Shown here one piece after another: positions 21,460 to 31,151 of a stretch of 63,824 bases of DNA (position 1 is its first letter; every line of letters starts with the position of its first letter). Source of the stretch: Firmicutes bacterium UBA4881. Its GTDB lineage: Bacteria; Bacillota; DTU065. The position numbers were made by a program, and so were the translations under genes. Under the pieces are notes generated by a model, which was not told where the DNA came from, ran no database searches, and worked only from the letters and a program-made list of their open reading frames with translations. The DNA lies in contig DHDH01000049.1 in assembly GCA_002399235.1 (NCBI GenBank), positions 1 through 63,824 on the forward strand, read 5' to 3'.

Positions 21460-22236
21460 ATGTTTTTTATAATCCGAGTCTCACGAACACGTCTTCTGGC
21501 CATTAGCCTTTTAGTACTTGTCTGTATTGCTGGTATCATCTCTGGTATTCCTTATACCCAAACAGCATCGAGTAGTAATAAGCTCCTACCTGTTTATTCT
21601 ATCGAAACTAACGAAAAGGTGGTAGCGTTAACTTTTGACATTAGCTGGGGTACTCAAGTTCCAGAACCTGTCCTTAAAATTCTAGAAGAAAAGCAAGTTA
21701 CCTGCACCTTTTTTCTATCTGGTCCTTGGGTCTTACGTAACCAAGATATTGCGAAAAATATTAAAGAAAAAGGACACGAAATTGGTAGTCATAGCAACAG
21801 GCATGTGAATCACAGTTCTCTTTCTGTGACGGATATCCAAACTGAACTATTAAAAGCAGCTCGTGCTATAGAAGATGTACTAGGTGTTAAGCCTTGGCTA
21901 TTAAGAACCCCTAATGGTGATTATAACAACAGAGTTATTCAAACTGCAGAAAGTTTGGGTTACACAGTAATTCAATGGGATACAGATTCTTTAGACTGGA
22001 CAAAACCGGGAGCTGCTCAAATTGTTAGTAGAGTAGTAAAAAAAGCTCACCCTGGAGATATTATTTTGTTACATGCTTCTGATAGTGCTAGTGAAACACC
22101 TGAAGCTCTTCCACATATTATTGATCAACTACGCCAAAAAGGTTATCGTTTTGTTCTTGTTAGCGAACTACTCAAATTCGATCCCGCTGGTAGATGGCCT
22201 AATCTTCCTGGCCCACCTCGTAGAGTCGCCAAGTAA
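21460..22236 (+). CDS. pdaB: polysaccharide deacetylase, sporulation PdaB-like
   Basis: ALTFDISWG, HEIGSH..RH, R.P.G, DSLDW..PG and IILLHASDS motifs; N-terminal TM. Confidence 0.85.
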   Translation: MFFIIRVSRTRLLAISLLVLVCIAGIISGIPYTQTASSSNKLLPVYSIETNEKVVALTFDISWGTQVPEPVLKILEEKQVTCTFFLSGPWVLRNQDIAKNIKEKGHEIGSHSNRHVNHSSLSVTDIQTELLKAARAIEDVLGVKPWLLRTPNGDYNNRVIQTAESLGYTVIQWDTDSLDWTKPGAAQIVSRVVKKAHPGDIILLHASDSASETPEALPHIIDQLRQKGYRFVLVSELLKFDPAGRWPNLPGPPRRVAK

Positions 22237-22238
22237 AG

Positions 22239-22292
22239 TTATCCACATTCTGTGGATAACCCTGTGTATAAGCTGTTATTTAATGTGGACTA
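22239..22292. promoter_or_regulatory. DnaA-box cluster
   Basis: TTATCCACA (22239), TGTGGATAA (22251) and TGTGTATAA (22263) are perfect boxes; TGTGGACTA (22284) has two mismatches. Confidence 0.8.
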
Positions 22293-22351
22293 CTTTGTTA
22301 ATTATTTTTTATACCACTTACGAGCTGGCCTAAAACAACCTGTTTAAAATT

Positions 22352-22389
22352 TCAAAAGGGAGAGAGCACAATCGCTCTCTCCCTTTTGA
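22352..22389. terminator. bidirectional terminator between pdaB and the MCP gene
   Basis: TCAAAAGGGAGAGAGC-6 nt-GCTCTCTCCCTTTTGA. Confidence 0.85.
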
Positions 22390-22413
22390 GTTTTATTTTA
22401 CCGAAAGGAAACT

Positions 22414-24555
22414 TTAGACTTGAAATTTATCTACTAACCCTTTTAGATTATCGGATGCCTCGCTAAGAACTTTTGCTGATTTAGCAATATCTTGGATTGT
22501 CAGATTAACTCCTTCAGTTGATGCGGTTACTTCTTCAACGCCAGCTGCACTTTGTTCAGAAATTGCAGCTATGCTCTCCATAGAAGTCATTACCTGAGCA
22601 GAACCTGCAGCCATCTCTTCTGAAGAAGCTGTATTTTCTTCAACAACTGCGGCTACTCTGTCAATAGCTTCAGCAACTTCCTGGGAACCTAAAGCCATAT
22701 CTTGAGCGATAGACATAACTTTGTGTATCTCACTGTTTGTCTGTTCTACCGCTGTTAAAATCTCAATTAACGAACTTTGAGCTTTACCTGCGAGATCTGA
22801 GCCTAGGGCGACCTCTACAGTGCTAGCATCCATAGATTCAACTGCTACACTAATACTATTTTGAATCTCTTTGATTAAAGTACCAATCTCTTTGGTTGCG
22901 TTTCTAGAACGATCCGATAGGTTGCGCACTTCATCAGCAACAACCGCAAACCCTTTACCATGTTCCCCTGCTCTAGCAGCTTCGATGGCGGCATTTAATG
23001 CTAATAGGCTTGTCTGATCAGCAATCTCGTCGATAACCGCAATAATTTTACCAATCTCGCCTGAGTATTTACCTAGTTCATCGACTTTTAACCCTACATC
23101 CTTAGTAGCATTTTTAATGCGATCCATGCCTGAAACAACTTCTTTAACAGCGTCTCTACCATTTTCTGCAGCTTTCTCAGTAGAACCAGCTACTTCTGCT
23201 AGTAAGACAGAACTGTTTTTAACTTGTTCGCTAAGATTCGACATCTTAGTTGCCGAGTCACCTGTATTACTAACAGCTTGTGCCTGTTCTTGAGCACCTT
23301 TAGCTATCTGATCGATAGCTCCTTGTAATTGATTCATAGCGCTAACAGTATCGGCAGAGTTCTTGCTTTGGTTTGAAGCACCTTCTGCAACTTGATCTAA
23401 AGTAATTACAATCTGCTCAATGGCACTAGCTGCATCTTTAGAGTTCAATGATAGATCATAACTATATTTGGCTACATCATTAGCAGTATCTGCGATAGTT
23501 CTGATCATTTCTTGCAAGGAAGCTACAAAGATATTAAAGGCGTTAGCTAATTGGCCAGCTTCATCAAAGCTATTAATTTCAATGCGCTTGGATAGATCGC
23601 CTCCGCCTTCGGCAATTTCTTCTAATTGATCACGGATCATAGTAATTGGTTTAGTAATTGCTCTACCTAGTATAAATGTTATTATAATCGCTACTAGTGC
23701 GCCAATTAAGATCAAGATAAGCATTGTTGATCTGACTTGACCTTGAATAGTCCTTACTTTCCCTTGGGCTTCTTTTAAAGAGGATTCAGCCCAATCTTTA
23801 ACATTGTTTATAGCATTACCTACGGCTGAACTATCTTCAAAGTAGGCAGGGGACATTAGGAACGAATCAGTCAAACTAAATCCTCCCCCACCACCATAAT
23901 CACCCATACCACCCATAGAAAATGAATCACTACCACCATAGCCACCGTATATAGAACCAGTACCATACATATCGCTACTAGAGCTGCTACTTTCTTTGGC
24001 TTGATCATAACTAGTATAGCTCTCTTTAACAAGATTCACTGCCTGATCATGAGCCCCTATAGCTGCTGTAAGTTCTTCGGAAATATTATATACGCTAGTT
24101 TCAGTCTTTCCTGCTTCTTGGTCCATTTTAATTTGAGCTAAGAGTAAATCGTTATACTTAGTTGAAATATCTCTAGAACCATCTTCTTTAGTAGTAACAA
24201 TCAATAAATCTTTCTCGGTAGTCAACGCTAAAAGACTTTGGAGATAATTATTTAATTCTTTAGCACTTTGCTCATATTGCATCTTATCATTGCGATCGCC
24301 AGTATCTAGGTACTTATTAGCAGTACCATAACAGCCCATAAAGGCCTGTTTAGCTAGGGTAGCTAATTTAACCTGTTCTACGTTGATATCTATGGCTGTA
24401 TCAACTTCTCTTCGCAATACCACTACTTGGTAGTTAATTGTCGCTGCCATTATCACAATAAAAACAACTAAAATTCCTATACCTAAAAACAATTTTGTGC
24501 CAAAACGCATATTTCTCCACGATCTAAACTTTTTGTTTTCCAAACTCTCTTCCAT
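22414..24555 (-). CDS. methyl-accepting chemotaxis protein
   Basis: Two TMs, HAMP domain ([18 protein letters not shown]) and signalling hairpin [28 protein letters not shown]. Confidence 0.95.
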   Translation of the reverse strand: MEESLENKKFRSWRNMRFGTKLFLGIGILVVFIVIMAATINYQVVVLRREVDTAIDINVEQVKLATLAKQAFMGCYGTANKYLDTGDRNDKMQYEQSAKELNNYLQSLLALTTEKDLLIVTTKEDGSRDISTKYNDLLLAQIKMDQEAGKTETSVYNISEELTAAIGAHDQAVNLVKESYTSYDQAKESSSSSSDMYGTGSIYGGYGGSDSFSMGGMGDYGGGGGFSLTDSFLMSPAYFEDSSAVGNAINNVKDWAESSLKEAQGKVRTIQGQVRSTMLILILIGALVAIIITFILGRAITKPITMIRDQLEEIAEGGGDLSKRIEINSFDEAGQLANAFNIFVASLQEMIRTIADTANDVAKYSYDLSLNSKDAASAIEQIVITLDQVAEGASNQSKNSADTVSAMNQLQGAIDQIAKGAQEQAQAVSNTGDSATKMSNLSEQVKNSSVLLAEVAGSTEKAAENGRDAVKEVVSGMDRIKNATKDVGLKVDELGKYSGEIGKIIAVIDEIADQTSLLALNAAIEAARAGEHGKGFAVVADEVRNLSDRSRNATKEIGTLIKEIQNSISVAVESMDASTVEVALGSDLAGKAQSSLIEILTAVEQTNSEIHKVMSIAQDMALGSQEVAEAIDRVAAVVEENTASSEEMAAGSAQVMTSMESIAAISEQSAAGVEEVTASTEGVNLTIQDIAKSAKVLSEASDNLKGLVDKFQV

Positions 24556-24810
24556 ACCAATCACCTCACGTCATTGGAATAGCTGTAATTTTTTGACAGT
24601 TAACTGGTGGTCATTTTGTAACATACGGTTTCTGCATAACTTGTAGAGAATCCTTCCCACTTTTTCTGGTTTTACCTTCTTTTTCTTAATAATGCTTACT
24701 ATTAGTACTATTTCGTACATAGTAATGACTTTATACCTAGCAAAAAAATTACCCTTCACAGATAAGGAAGGGTAATTTTGATAAGCTTATGAATATAATC
24801 GTTTTTCGTA

Positions 24811-25653
24811 TTATTTGGACATTCCTATTAACATCTCTCTTAAGAGCTTTGCTCCCATAAAAGCTGTTCTCTCGGTAGAATCATAATCAGGAGCGATCTC
24901 CACGATATCTGCGCCAATAACATTAAGATTTTCCAGTAGTAGATATAAGGCTCTAAATAGTTCTTTACTAGTGCATCCGCCTGGCTCTGGAGTTCCAGTA
25001 CCAGGGGCATAGGCTGGATCCAATACATCGATATCTAAAGTGATATAGATTGGTCGGCCCGCAAATAGTTTAGTTACTTCCTTGGCAGCTGGGATGATCT
25101 CCCATTCTCTATCTGGGAAGAAATGAGTATTTTCATGGCCCCAAATAAATTCTTCTCTTTCACCTGATCTAATGCCAATCTGGGCAAGTGATTTCGAACC
25201 CACTTCATTAGCTACATGTCTTAGTACTGTAGCATGTGAAAGTTTGTCCCCTAAAAAGGTTTCTCTTAAATCGGTGTGAGCATCGAAATGAACCACAGCT
25301 AGGTTGGGGTATTTCTTCTTGGTGGCTTGAATTAAAGGATAAGTTACCAAGTGATCGCCACCAATAGAGATCAACTTTTTACCAGTATTTAATATCTCTT
25401 CAGCTTGTTCCCGAATTGCCTCTAAAGAACTAGAAACATTACCCCAAATTAGTTCAGCATCGCCAGCATCTTCGAAAGCAACATTCTCTAAGGAACGGTC
25501 AAAATATGGGCTATATAGTTCCAAGCCGTGAGAAACGAGTTTAATACTGTCATAAGCGAAACGTGAACCCGGTCTCCAGCTTGCTGTAAAGTCCATTGGC
25601 ACGCCCCAGACAGCAATATCGCCTTTTCCCCTAGCACCTAATAATGTAGCCAT
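24811..25653 (-). CDS. speB: agmatinase
   Basis: GGDH, HFDAHTD and DIDVLDPAYAPGTGTPEPGG motifs; directly downstream of speE. Confidence 0.93.
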   Translation of the reverse strand: MATLLGARGKGDIAVWGVPMDFTASWRPGSRFAYDSIKLVSHGLELYSPYFDRSLENVAFEDAGDAELIWGNVSSSLEAIREQAEEILNTGKKLISIGGDHLVTYPLIQATKKKYPNLAVVHFDAHTDLRETFLGDKLSHATVLRHVANEVGSKSLAQIGIRSGEREEFIWGHENTHFFPDREWEIIPAAKEVTKLFAGRPIYITLDIDVLDPAYAPGTGTPEPGGCTSKELFRALYLLLENLNVIGADIVEIAPDYDSTERTAFMGAKLLREMLIGMSK

Positions 25654-25741
25654 AAGCTGCCTCCTAGAAACTTAAAATAGGGCTAGCTAAAGCTAGCCCT
25701 ATCTAATATACCCTGTTTAGGAAAGATTGAAAAGTAAGCAA

Positions 25742-26566
25742 TTAAGCTTTATTTAACATTTCCTTGACAAAAGGAGGAACGTCAAAGGCTCTCTCCATTA
25801 ATGCTTTATTAAAATACTTGCCTTGCAAAGTAACTTCACGATTAGCTTTTAGAGGCATCTTTTTACTACCTACTGTGTAAGTCCAAAATCCGGTTGGGTA
25901 AGTAGGCATAAACCCACATACTACACCTACATTAGGGAAATGTACCTTCATGTTATGTGCACATTTTATCATTAAATTGTGGGGTGCAAATGGTGATTCT
26001 GTTTGAGCGCAAATAACACCATCTTCCCTTAATGCGTTATGGACATAACCATAGAACTCGGCTGAAAATAAACCTACTGCAGGACCTACAGGATCTGTTG
26101 AATCACTAATAACCACATCAAAATAATCTTTCTTATCTTGCATGTAAGCTATGCCATCTGTTACTAAGATCTCTACCCTAGGATCATCTAGCCCTGAGCT
26201 GAGTGTTGGCAAGTACTTCCTTGAAGCTTCGATAACTTTACCATCAATCTCTACCAACTTTACTTCCTCAACTTCTGGATTTCTCAAAATTTCTCTTACA
26301 GTTCCGCCATCTCCACCGCCAATAACACAAACTCGCTTAGGGTTAGGATGAACATGTAAAGGTACATGAGCAATTATCTCATGGTAGAGGAACTCATCCC
26401 GTTCTGTACATTGGATAGCTTGATCTAAGACAAGCATTCTGCCAAATTCTAGAGTGTCGACAACAGCTAAACTTTGATAAGGAGTTTCTTCCATATGCAA
26501 AATTTTGTTGATACGAAGACCAATGGCCAGATCTTTAGACTGGGCCTCCTTAAACCAGAATTCCAT
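25742..26566 (-). CDS. speE: polyamine aminopropyltransferase (spermidine synthase)
   Basis: VIGGGDGG, VEID and DSTDP motifs. Confidence 0.95.
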   Translation of the reverse strand: MEFWFKEAQSKDLAIGLRINKILHMEETPYQSLAVVDTLEFGRMLVLDQAIQCTERDEFLYHEIIAHVPLHVHPNPKRVCVIGGGDGGTVREILRNPEVEEVKLVEIDGKVIEASRKYLPTLSSGLDDPRVEILVTDGIAYMQDKKDYFDVVISDSTDPVGPAVGLFSAEFYGYVHNALREDGVICAQTESPFAPHNLMIKCAHNMKVHFPNVGVVCGFMPTYPTGFWTYTVGSKKMPLKANREVTLQGKYFNKALMERAFDVPPFVKEMLNKA

Positions 26567-26605
26567 TTGATCACCTTTACCCCAGGCCGTAGCCCTGTAT
26601 TTACA

Positions 26606-26687
26606 AATAAAAGACTAGGGAAGTTCCGGAAAGAACCCCGCTAGTCCCTTTGTCTGATAGTATACATAAATTATTGCCTAAAGTAAA
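26606..26687 (-). promoter_or_regulatory. speE promoter followed immediately by a leader terminator
   Basis: TTTACT-17 nt-TATACT (26687-26659), then hairpin GACTAG..GTTC-tttccg-GAAC..CTAGTC-TTTTATTT (26651-26606). Confidence 0.6.
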
Positions 26688-26901
26688 GAAATTACGCAAA
26701 AAGTCGTTGATAATCTAGCTATTTAGCTTAATAAAGCTGATATTTCCGGTTCATTCAGCTAAAACGTTAAATCAAATTGTAGGATCTATTATTATTGCAC
26801 TTGCTAGAACATCTCACTATTTCCTAAGGAGTATCTAAAACCTAAAATCACTTGATTAAAGTTCTTTTATTTAGCGCGGTTTAGTTCCATAGTACTATTT
26901 C

Positions 26902-27081
26902 TTAATCGGCTTTTAACTTCAACAATTCGCTATGCCATATCCTAACTTGCAATTCATCGATTTGATCCATGAGCTCTTTTACTCTAGGATCTCGCTCTAG
27001 TTCAACACCATCATTATTCATAAGACATGTCAATTGTTCTCTCAGCAATACCGCCTCTCGGTATAGATCCCTTTTATCCAA
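26902..27081 (-). CDS. 59-aa Spo0E-like small protein (not in ORF track)
   Basis: GAGGAG SD and TTG start; MDKRDLYREAVLLREQLTCLMNNDGVELERDPRVKELMDQIDELQVRIWHSELLKLKAD, a two-helix pattern like Spo0E. Confidence 0.6.
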   Translation of the reverse strand: MDKRDLYREAVLLREQLTCLMNNDGVELERDPRVKELMDQIDELQVRIWHSELLKLKAD

Positions 27082-27360
27082 CTATCTTCTCCTCTCTTTC
27101 AAGGACTCGAGTTGATAAGCAAGCTATTCTACTGCCTACTATGACCGATCATTTTGGTAATAGTTACTACTAATAATATTTATTTCCTTTAACTTTATAC
27201 ATGAAACATGTAAATCTATAAATCCACTTAAATCCTGTTCGTGGAAAAGGAGGAAGGAAAATTCTCTCATCTGTACAAATTAATGATCGATAACAGACTA
27301 CCTACTAAAATTAACAAAAGTCTAAATGCGTAAAGTATATCAAGGAAAGGGGTTCCTAAG

Positions 27361-28149
27361 TTGCGAATTGCCGTCTGCATTAAACAAGTTCCAGATACGA
27401 CAGAAGTTGCTATTGATGAAGAAAAAGGCATCCTTAAGCGTGAAGGCGTAGACAGTCGGATGAATCCATATGATCTTTATGGTCTGGAGACCGCTTTAAG
27501 GCTTAAAGAAAAGTTTGGTGGCGAAGTAATCGTAATTAGTATGGGGCCTCCCCAAGCAGCAGCAGTAATCAAAGAAGCTTATGCTATGGGAGCTGATACT
27601 GGTTTTTTGTTGTCTGATCGCAAATTTGCTGGAGCTGATACCTTAGCGACAGCTTACACTTTAGCCAAAGGGATCAAGAAACTTGGAACTCTTGATCTGA
27701 TAATAACTGGTATGCAAACAACAGATGGCGATACAGCTCAAGTTGGTCCCGGTATTGCCGAGTATTTAGGCTGGCCTCATATCTCTTATGTAACTAAAAT
27801 AGTTGATTCTTCTGATTCAAGTCTCACTGTTACCACCGATATGTTAGATACAATAGAAACGCAAAAAATTGAACTTCCTGCTCTCATCACAGTTGCTAAA
27901 GATATCAATAGACCTAGGTTACTTTCGTATAAACTTAAATGCGCTACCCAAAACAAAGAAGTTAAAATTCTTAACTATAAAGACTTGGCTGGAGAAGAGG
28001 AAGTATTTTTCGGTTTAGATGGTTCGCCAACTCAAGTAGAAAGAATTTTCCCACCCCAAAGAAACTGCCAACAAGAGCTTTGGCAGGGAGAACCTCAAGA
28101 GCTTGCGAATCGCCTTGTCGCTAAGCTAAAGGAGCTGAGATTCATATGA
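27361..28149 (+). CDS. etfB: electron transfer flavoprotein beta subunit (LctB-like)
   Basis: CIKQVPD, MGPP, GADTLAT and DGDTAQVGP motifs. Confidence 0.93.
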   Translation: MRIAVCIKQVPDTTEVAIDEEKGILKREGVDSRMNPYDLYGLETALRLKEKFGGEVIVISMGPPQAAAVIKEAYAMGADTGFLLSDRKFAGADTLATAYTLAKGIKKLGTLDLIITGMQTTDGDTAQVGPGIAEYLGWPHISYVTKIVDSSDSSLTVTTDMLDTIETQKIELPALITVAKDINRPRLLSYKLKCATQNKEVKILNYKDLAGEEEVFFGLDGSPTQVERIFPPQRNCQQELWQGEPQELANRLVAKLKELRFI

Positions 28150-29333
28150 GTCGCTTAACAATCGACAAAGGGCTTTGTATTTTATGCGGTAAATGTGTAG
28201 AAGCTTGCCCCTTTGACGCTTTAGAATTAAAGGATCAAGTCGTGGTCAACGAAAATTGTCGTCTTTGTGGTATCTGTGTTAAAGTGTGCCCAGTCTCAGC
28301 TTTGGTAATTGAACGAGGCCTTAGTAAAACAGTTGATTTTGATAGTTATAAAGATATACTTGTTTTTGCTGAACAACGTGGTGGCAGATTAAGTAGCGTT
28401 GTTTTGGAGTTAATTGGTAAAGGTCGTGAGTTAGCTGATAAGCTCCATCAAAAACTAGCTGTAGTTATACCAGGAACGAACACAGAAAGCTTAGTAGAAA
28501 AAATCAAACAATATCCTGTTGATACAATTTATGTCTACGACCATCCTGAATTAGCTTATTATCGTGCCGAAACTTATACCGCAGTTTTAGAAGATCTTGT
28601 TAAAGAAGTCAAACCAGGTATTTTGCTTGTAGGTGCTACCCAGGTTGGCCGTTCTTTAGCGCCTAGGTTAGCAACTAGATTAAAAACTGGCCTTACAGCT
28701 GACTGTACTATTTTAGATGTTAAACCAAATGGTGATCTCATTCAGACCAGGCCCGCTTTCGGTGGTAATGTCATGGCTCAAATTATTACACCTAAACATC
28801 GGCCTCAAATGGCCACAGTTAGACCAAAAGTCATGGCCCCTTCTGCCTTAAACACCACTTACCCTACTACTGTGGTGTTACAAGAAGTTAAGCCCACAAT
28901 GCTTTCTTCTGGGATTAGCTTTCTTAGCATCGAACCTAAACCACAAGAGACTGCTATTACAGAAGCCGAAGTTATTATTGCTGTAGGTAGGGGTTTGAAA
29001 AAAGCCGATGATTTGATTCTGATCGAGTCACTAGCCAAAGAACTAGGTGGGATGGTTGCTGTGACTAGACCACTTGTAGAAGCTGGCTGGTGTTCCTATA
29101 CCAAACAGATTGGCCTTAGTGGTCGCACCGTAAGACCTAAGCTAATCATTGCTTGTGGTATCTCAGGAGCGATTCAATTTGTTGCTGGTATGTCTAGTTC
29201 TGATGTGATCTTTGCTATCAACAAAGATCCTGATGCTCCAATCTTTGGCGTAGCTCATTATGGACTTATTGGCGATTTTTATGAAATCTTGCCAGCTCTT
29301 GTTAACGAACTTAAGTCAAGTGCCAATCTTTGA
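28146..29333 (+). CDS. etfA: electron transfer flavoprotein alpha subunit with N-terminal 2x[4Fe-4S] domain (LctC-like)
   Basis: Two CxxCxxCxxxCP motifs, GLTADC, QIGLSG, GISGAIQ and AINKD. Confidence 0.93.
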   Translation: MSRLTIDKGLCILCGKCVEACPFDALELKDQVVVNENCRLCGICVKVCPVSALVIERGLSKTVDFDSYKDILVFAEQRGGRLSSVVLELIGKGRELADKLHQKLAVVIPGTNTESLVEKIKQYPVDTIYVYDHPELAYYRAETYTAVLEDLVKEVKPGILLVGATQVGRSLAPRLATRLKTGLTADCTILDVKPNGDLIQTRPAFGGNVMAQIITPKHRPQMATVRPKVMAPSALNTTYPTTVVLQEVKPTMLSSGISFLSIEPKPQETAITEAEVIIAVGRGLKKADDLILIESLAKELGGMVAVTRPLVEAGWCSYTKQIGLSGRTVRPKLIIACGISGAIQFVAGMSSSDVIFAINKDPDAPIFGVAHYGLIGDFYEILPALVNELKSSANL

Positions 29334-29354
29334 TCTAGGAAAAGAGGTGTCTAT

Positions 29355-30743
29355 ATGAAAAAGATGACCATGAGTGATGTGGACTTTCTACAAAATGTAG
29401 TGGGCCCTTTAAATGTTTATGTTGGTGAGGCTATTAATGAAGATTATGCTCATGATGAACTCTCCGAGATAAAGGCTCTCCCTGATTGCCTGGTTGAAGC
29501 GGGTTCCACTCACGAGATAGCGCAAATTATGCAATATGCTTATAATAAAGAAATACCTGTTACCGTAAGAGGTTCTGGTACTGGACTTTGCGGTGGTGCA
29601 GTAGCTGTAGCAGGTGGGATTTTACTCTCAACAGCTAGATTAAATAAAGTTATTGAAATTGATGAGGGTAACTTAATTGCTCGTGTTCAACCTGGAGTTA
29701 TTCTACTTAACTTTCAAGATCAAGTAGAGAAACTAGGACTCCTCTACGCACCTGATCCTGGCGAAAAAAGTGCCACTATAGGTGGCAATGTTATGACTAA
29801 CGCAGGTGGGATGCGGGCTATCAAATATGGTGTTACTAGAGACCATGTCCTCGGTATGGAAGTCGTCTTACCAACTGGTGAGATAATTAATCTTGGTGGT
29901 AAAATTGGTAAAAACTCTTCAGGGTATTCTCTTTTAGATCTTTTTATTGGTTCGGAAGGAACGTTAGGCATTGTTACTGAGATTACCTTAAAACTTTTAC
30001 CATTACCTAAAAAAACTGCCACTTTATTGGTTCCTTTTCCTTCGTTAAACGATACTATTCGTGCTGTCCCCGAGGTATTAAAAGGTAGAATTATCCCCAA
30101 TGCAGTTGAATTCATGGAACGCGAAATTATCGAAGCTGCTGAAGAATTTTTAGGTAAGCCTTTCCCTGATAAATCAGCTCCTGCCTATCTACTCCTCCGG
30201 TTTGATGGCAATAGCAAAGACGAACTTGAAAAGGTCTATGAAATAGCTGCTAATATTTGCCTTCAGCAAGGCGCAAACGATGTCTATATTGCTGATACAG
30301 CTGATAGGCAACAATTAATCTGGGAAACTAGAGGTGCCTTTTTAGAGGCGTTAAAAGCTTCGAGTGAGATGGATGAGGTCGATGTTGTGGTTCCAAGGAC
30401 AGAAATTCCTCATCTAATAGACTATACCCAAAAGTTAAGGGCAGAGTATGGTGTGCGTGTCCTTAGCTTTGGTCATGCTGGTGATGGTAATGTACACATT
30501 TATATTCTGCGCGATAATTTACCCCAAGACAAATGGCAACAGGTTTTACCCGAGATTATGCAAAAGCTTTATGATAAAGGTCAGGAATTAGGTGGCCAGG
30601 TCTCTGGCGAGCATGGTATTGGTTTTGCCAAAAAAGAGTATCTCTGGCACAGTTTAGGTGAGACACAGATGCGTCTCCAACGATCTATTAAAGAAGCTTT
30701 TGATCCCAAAGGGCTTCTCAATCCACATAAAGTAGTTTCCTAA
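29355..30743 (+). CDS. lctD: FAD-linked 2-hydroxyacid (D-lactate) dehydrogenase, LctD/GlcD family
   Basis: RGSGTG, PDPG, NAGG, GSEGTLG, GHAGDGNVH and GEHGIG motifs; follows etfBA as in Acetobacterium lctBCD. Confidence 0.85.
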   Translation: MKKMTMSDVDFLQNVVGPLNVYVGEAINEDYAHDELSEIKALPDCLVEAGSTHEIAQIMQYAYNKEIPVTVRGSGTGLCGGAVAVAGGILLSTARLNKVIEIDEGNLIARVQPGVILLNFQDQVEKLGLLYAPDPGEKSATIGGNVMTNAGGMRAIKYGVTRDHVLGMEVVLPTGEIINLGGKIGKNSSGYSLLDLFIGSEGTLGIVTEITLKLLPLPKKTATLLVPFPSLNDTIRAVPEVLKGRIIPNAVEFMEREIIEAAEEFLGKPFPDKSAPAYLLLRFDGNSKDELEKVYEIAANICLQQGANDVYIADTADRQQLIWETRGAFLEALKASSEMDEVDVVVPRTEIPHLIDYTQKLRAEYGVRVLSFGHAGDGNVHIYILRDNLPQDKWQQVLPEIMQKLYDKGQELGGQVSGEHGIGFAKKEYLWHSLGETQMRLQRSIKEAFDPKGLLNPHKVVS

Positions 30744-30754
30744 AAAATATGTCA

Positions 30755-30781
30755 AAGGCACCTCGAATTGAGGTGCCTTTG
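30755..30781 (+). terminator. lct operon terminator
   Basis: AAAGGCACCTC-gaatt-GAGGTGCCTTT. Confidence 0.8.
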
Positions 30782-31151
30782 CTTGAACTAAGTTTTAAGT
30801 TAAGCCAAAAAACTCGTTGCTGATTTAATCCATAATAAGTTATTAGCATGCTATATGACCTCTTTAGTTTTGCAAGCAACTTGTTCTAATATCATTTACC
30901 TTAAAATAAGGTGGTTTTTTATATATTTGCCAAGATGTTTATCTTTCTAGATAGGTCATTTTTTACTTAACACAAGGACCGTGAATCTTTTAGAGCCCTT
31001 CTTTGGCATAAACCTATATGAATTATGTTTACCTTGTTAACTCCATAATTATTTCGTAAACTAAAGACGATCGTAGTTAAAGTTAATTCCCTGGAGTTTA
31101 CTGCCTTTAAGGTTCCAAAAATAAAACCGAACATATTTAGGGGGACTTTTA

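Noticed and set aside
21345-21539. N-terminal extension of the HAD ORF overlapping pdaB
   Set aside because: The HAD motif I and an SD define the start at 21344; the extension is an ORF-caller artefact
22239-22312. Calling the DnaA-box cluster oriC
   Set aside because: No dnaA/dnaN/rpmH/gidA context, only three or four boxes, and gene orientation bias does not switch here
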